From Ignavibacteriota bacterium (GTDB lineage Bacteria > Bacteroidota > Ignavibacteria > UBA10030 > UBA6906): a stretch of DNA of 60,006 bases. Below the pieces are notes generated by a model that was given only the letters and a program-made list of their open reading frames with translations, searched no databases and had not been told where the DNA came from. This document shows, in pieces, positions 56,440 to 60,006 of this stretch. Position 1 is the stretch's first letter. Every line of letters starts with the position of its first letter. The stretch lies in assembly GCA_003152875.1 (NCBI GenBank), contig PMBF01000076.1, positions 118,598 through 178,603 on the forward strand. Reading direction: 5' to 3'. Made by a program: the position numbers and the translations under genes.

Positions 56440-57009
56440 TTACTTTGCCAGTCCGATCTGCTTCATATAGGTCAAGTTGTCCCAGAACAGGTGCTCCTCG
56501 ACCATCACTCCATTCTCCCAGAGGCCTATCGTGGCCATCGGCATTTTGAATGCTTTGCCCGTAGGTTGTATGAATTTGCCATTTCCGATTGGCATGGGCT
56601 TGGTGAATGTGCCTTCGAAGACTCCGGTGACGGCAGTATATTGTCCGGAACCAATCCGTATTGGATGTTCCTTGATTCTTGTGTCGGGCGCGTAGACAAA
56701 CAGCGCTTTGAGGTCTGCGATGTGCACATCTATACCTTGAGTCATATGTCCATCGGGCCAGTAGACCTTGACGTCTTGCGAGTGGCTCTCATGCAACCTT
56801 GCCCACTCCTGGTTGGTGAATACTGTAAAGTCCAGTGTATCAAAAGTCACCAGATGTCCCGCAATCAGGGCCTTCTCTCCGACGACCTCTTTCAACTGCG
56901 CTTTCATCGCCTGCACCTCAGGAGAGTCACCGCCACCGCAACCTGCGAGCACAAGAAACAGGAGGCCAACCGGAAACGCGACAAGTGCGTGATGCAGATT
57001 GTTTTTCAT
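56440..57009 (-). CDS. SnoaL-like (ester cyclase family) lipoprotein
   Basis: Lipobox LVLAGC and a ~150-aa alpha+beta barrel-type sequence with the pattern of the ester-cyclase/SnoaL family (W..LHE...V....DG.., G.F.G). Confidence 0.65.
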   Translation of the reverse strand: MKNNLHHALVAFPVGLLFLVLAGCGGGDSPEVQAMKAQLKEVVGEKALIAGHLVTFDTLDFTVFTNQEWARLHESHSQDVKVYWPDGHMTQGIDVHIADLKALFVYAPDTRIKEHPIRIGSGQYTAVTGVFEGTFTKPMPIGNGKFIQPTGKAFKMPMATIGLWENGVMVEEHLFWDNLTYMKQIGLAK

Positions 57010-57173
57010 GATGATCCTCTTCGATTAATGGTTCTTCCGACCTCAGGGGAGCTTTTCCCCGGCTACCGATCTCGCGTACCTATGCTGCTTTGGATGCGTA
57101 ACAACTCAAACATCATCTGGGTGCATTCTCGGAGCCAACGGTGGCAATGCATTCAACAAGACATCATGTCAAT

Positions 57174-58811
57174 CTATTCATATTTATACACTGTACACTT
57201 CTCAATGCCTAGCTTCCAGGACGCAAATCTCCAGGTACGTCCCTGGTCATTTTCATCGCCATTCAGCCGCCGTCCCGGAACCCAGGAGCCATCGCTGAAG
57301 ACGCCTTCGTCGACATTTCCAATTCCGACAATCTCCGGGCCTTTTGTCCTGGAAAAGAATCGTACCCTGAACCCGGATCCGGCGCCGATGAACTTGTTTG
57401 GTCCGTCTGTCATGACGAGTCCATAGCCCACCTTGGCTTTGTTTCCGAATAATTCATCGAGCGACACTTCAACCGTATAGCCGCCCATCTCGCGTGTTAC
57501 CACGGGACGTTTTTCATCAACGACAAACCCGACGATTTCGCCCTTTGCTTGTTTTTCAAGAACGATCGGGCTGATCTGCTTGAGTATTGCATAACTCTTG
57601 CTGAGTGGAGATTCACTGGGCATCCTGTCTATCCCGAACGGTGACACTCCTATGGCGTTGTAGGAACCGATCGCAATGAATACGTTTCGAGCGCCGTCCT
57701 CTCCGCTGTTCATCTCCGGTATAAACAGTGGGTTTCCGCGCTGTGTGAATTTCCTGCAACGTTCCTCGTACTCGGGCACATAGATATCCGGGGCCAGGAG
57801 ATCAATGGCCGGAGCGCCTGCAAGCCATATATCCAGCACGTGCGCCAACGGGCCGCCACTTGGATAGGAGCCGGGTTTGGGGCAACATTCCTGGTCAAGC
57901 CAGGCATTGGCATACATGGGAATAGGGTATTCTTTCTTTCCGGCCGCGGCTACCGTATTGACATAGCGGGCATAATTCCAGGCCATGAATATTTCATCGC
58001 ATTGTTCTCCCGCCCCAAACATCTCTTCCCAATTCCCGGAGGTCTTGAAGCCGCTCTTGCCCCATCGTTCCTTTAATTCTGGAACCAACTTCTCCTTGTT
58101 CGTAACCAGGTATTCCACCAGCTCTTTGGGCACCTGTGCACCGAATGCTGAATTGGCCATTTCCGAACGATCGCGGGAATCACCCAGTATGCCGACTTCA
58201 TTTTCAATCTGCATCATCAGCACTGTATGATTGATACCATCTGCGTTCCGAATGTGCTTCATAAGTGCGGAAAAGGCTTTTGCGTCGGCTTCACGATTGG
58301 CGTCCGATAACGTCGACAGCACCTCCACTGTCGTCCCATCCTTCATTTTTGCACGGGGATATTTCCTGTATTGTTCTTTCACCCAGAGCGGCATATAGCT
58401 GGACATGCCGTTCTTCCAACTGGCTAACCACAAGAAGACGATGCGCATATTATGCTGTCTTGCTTCTTTTATCAAACCATCGACAAGGCCGAAATCGAAT
58501 CGTCCTTCTGTGGGCTCGACGAGTTCCCATGACAGTGGAGTGATCACGGTGTTGAAATTCAGGTCTGTCACTAGTTGCCAGATCGGCTTCATGGACTCAA
58601 GATTCGACGAGGTGGAATTGTTCAATTCTCCCCCGATGACAAGGAATGGTTTTCCGTCAACATACAACTGAGTGACATTTCCATGTTTCACCAGGTGCGG
58701 AACACCTTCAGGGCTCTGTCCTTGTTGATTGTCGCGGCCGTATGCATAAGGGGCAAGCAGGATGCACGACAGTCCTGCCATCGCAACTGCAAAGCGCGTT
58801 CTTGATTTCAT
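57174..58811 (-). CDS. GH35-like beta-galactosidase family protein (DUF5597-type)
   Basis: Signal peptide, then a TIM-barrel N-domain (GGELNNSTSS, ITPLSWELVEPTEGRFDF, LWLASWKNG, MMQIENEVG) and a C-terminal beta domain. Confidence 0.75.
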   Translation of the reverse strand: MKSRTRFAVAMAGLSCILLAPYAYGRDNQQGQSPEGVPHLVKHGNVTQLYVDGKPFLVIGGELNNSTSSNLESMKPIWQLVTDLNFNTVITPLSWELVEPTEGRFDFGLVDGLIKEARQHNMRIVFLWLASWKNGMSSYMPLWVKEQYRKYPRAKMKDGTTVEVLSTLSDANREADAKAFSALMKHIRNADGINHTVLMMQIENEVGILGDSRDRSEMANSAFGAQVPKELVEYLVTNKEKLVPELKERWGKSGFKTSGNWEEMFGAGEQCDEIFMAWNYARYVNTVAAAGKKEYPIPMYANAWLDQECCPKPGSYPSGGPLAHVLDIWLAGAPAIDLLAPDIYVPEYEERCRKFTQRGNPLFIPEMNSGEDGARNVFIAIGSYNAIGVSPFGIDRMPSESPLSKSYAILKQISPIVLEKQAKGEIVGFVVDEKRPVVTREMGGYTVEVSLDELFGNKAKVGYGLVMTDGPNKFIGAGSGFRVRFFSRTKGPEIVGIGNVDEGVFSDGSWVPGRRLNGDENDQGRTWRFASWKLGIEKCTVYKYE

Positions 58812-58835
58812 ACGATTGATACCTTTCCCGGAGGA

Positions 58836-59771
58836 TTACTTTTTCGGATTGATTTTCTCAATATTCCCGTTGGCATCGAAATTCAAACTATCAATGCATA
58901 GTTGACGCAGGACGAAGCTCTCTTTTTGCGGCAGTATTCTATGATACAGGATATAGTCCTGTCCGCTCTCAGAGAACACGGTATGATGCCCCGGTCCCAC
59001 AACGGTGCTGTCGCTTGACGTTGAAAGGATTGGGCTCGTCGGTCCTTCCGTCCAGGGACCGAATGGACTCTTCCCCGTAGAATACCGGATCTTATAGGTG
59101 GGGTCGATGGCTTTACCTTCTGAATACATCAAATAGTAGATGCCTCTTCTCTTCAACATGAACGGGGCTTCAAAATAGTTCGGGGGAGTGACATCCTTCG
59201 GAGACCCGTTGAAGGTTATCATATCATCTCCCAATTTCACTGCAAAACAACGGCCGTTTATCCAATTCAACCCTGACCCCCAGTAGAGATACGCTTCTCC
59301 ATCATCATCAAGAAAACACTCCGCATCAATCATATGATAACCGCGATAGTACTGACCATTGATCAGAGGTGAGTCATCCGCTTTTGCGTTCTTCCAGGGA
59401 CCAAGCGGGTGTTCGCTTTCACCAACCCATATCTCGCTCCCCACGGAAACATACATATAGAATTGTCCGTTCTTGGCTTTCACCACAGAGGGAGCCCACA
59501 CCATTGAACCCCCTGATGTCGGACTGGTACACGCCTTCTTTGTTGGCCAGTTAGTGTGCTTGCGATCGAAATGGACAAAATCTCTGGTCTCGAGAACAGC
59601 CAGTTCTTCTCCGCCCCAGGGATCGATGGTTGCATAGATATAGTTGACACCATGGTCTTTGATAATGGTCGGATCGGCAAAGTACCCATCGACGATAGGA
59701 TTTTGGATAAAGCCGCGCTTCTCCTGACTATGCACGACAGAGGCAAGGAAAATGAACGACAAGATGAACAT
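58836..59771 (-). CDS. glycoside hydrolase family 43 (xylosidase/arabinofuranosidase-like)
   Basis: NPIVDGYFADPTIIK, WAPSV, the IDAECFLDDDG block and HHTVF. The signal peptide starts at MFILSFIFLASVVHS. The ORF track start is 59864. Confidence 0.88.
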   Translation of the reverse strand: MFILSFIFLASVVHSQEKRGFIQNPIVDGYFADPTIIKDHGVNYIYATIDPWGGEELAVLETRDFVHFDRKHTNWPTKKACTSPTSGGSMVWAPSVVKAKNGQFYMYVSVGSEIWVGESEHPLGPWKNAKADDSPLINGQYYRGYHMIDAECFLDDDGEAYLYWGSGLNWINGRCFAVKLGDDMITFNGSPKDVTPPNYFEAPFMLKRRGIYYLMYSEGKAIDPTYKIRYSTGKSPFGPWTEGPTSPILSTSSDSTVVGPGHHTVFSESGQDYILYHRILPQKESFVLRQLCIDSLNFDANGNIEKINPKK

Positions 59772-60006
59772 AGGAAGAAGAGGTGGAGCAATATCCTTTG
59801 CCGTCGCCGCATTTTCCTTTGCTGAGGTAAAGCACAATTCTTCTTCGTGTTGACGTACCATCACGTGTTTGCCTTCGCAAGAAATAGTCTGATCGGGTTT
59901 ATGGGGTCTTTTGTTTTCATGTCATACCCCATTTCATGTGGTCCTGGGTGAAGACGATTGCATTCCGTCTGCATTCTATATCAGCAGTGAATAGTAAAAC
60001 TGCATC

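Overview
All calls below come from reading the translated ORFs, motifs remembered from protein families, and hand inspection of the intergenic DNA. No database search or folding program was run.

The window holds about 55 protein-coding genes. I recognised no rRNA, tRNA, tmRNA, CRISPR array, transposase or integrase.

Gene order suggests a GC-rich relative of the Fibrobacteres-Chlorobi-Bacteroidetes (FCB) group. This is an inference from the following, not a taxonomic assignment:
- rplM-rpsI-rpsB-tsf-pyrH-frr run together.
- atpD-atpC stand alone.
- The nuo operon has 11 genes and no nuoEFG.
- A pyruvoyl-dependent arginine decarboxylase and a YpdA-type reductase are present.

Positions 1-46.6 kb are GC-rich core genome:
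- birA fragment and coaX.
- nuoA-B-C-D-H-I-J-K-L-M-N on the minus strand.
- A PduO-type adenosyltransferase and an M28 peptidase fused to a polytopic membrane domain.
- A lipoprotein, an MFS transporter and polA.
- A PspC-type membrane pair.
- The ribosomal/translation block.
- A 9-kb 2-oxoacid dehydrogenase cluster in the order lpdA, lipB, fused E1 alpha-beta, split E1 alpha, split E1 beta, E2, lipA.
- smpB-tyrS, pdaD, two cell-wall lytic lipoproteins (SLT, RlpA), manC, atpDC and ypdA.
- A receiver-PAS-PAS sensor kinase whose kinase core is visibly decayed.

From about 46.6 kb to the end the DNA is visibly less GC-rich, and every gene is on the minus strand:
- A small overlapping gene pair and a membrane protein.
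- A class-C-like serine hydrolase and a His-rich secreted protein.
- ggt, ribokinase and a sugar transporter.
- GH9-like, SnoaL-like, GH35-like and GH43 genes.

The signals I consider most worth follow-up:
1. A promoter, leader, antiterminator/terminator and RBS arrangement directly upstream of lpdA, which looks like an uncharacterised riboswitch or attenuator.
2. An unassigned, structured, GC-rich stretch of about 350 nt with an orphan terminator between lpdA and smpB.
3. A duplicated nuoD 3' end plus a perfect hairpin at the nuoD-nuoH junction, which is where nuoEFG sits in 14-gene operons.
4. The dual-E1, single-E2 dehydrogenase cluster bracketed by lipB and lipA.
5. The decayed histidine kinase lying at a compositional boundary.
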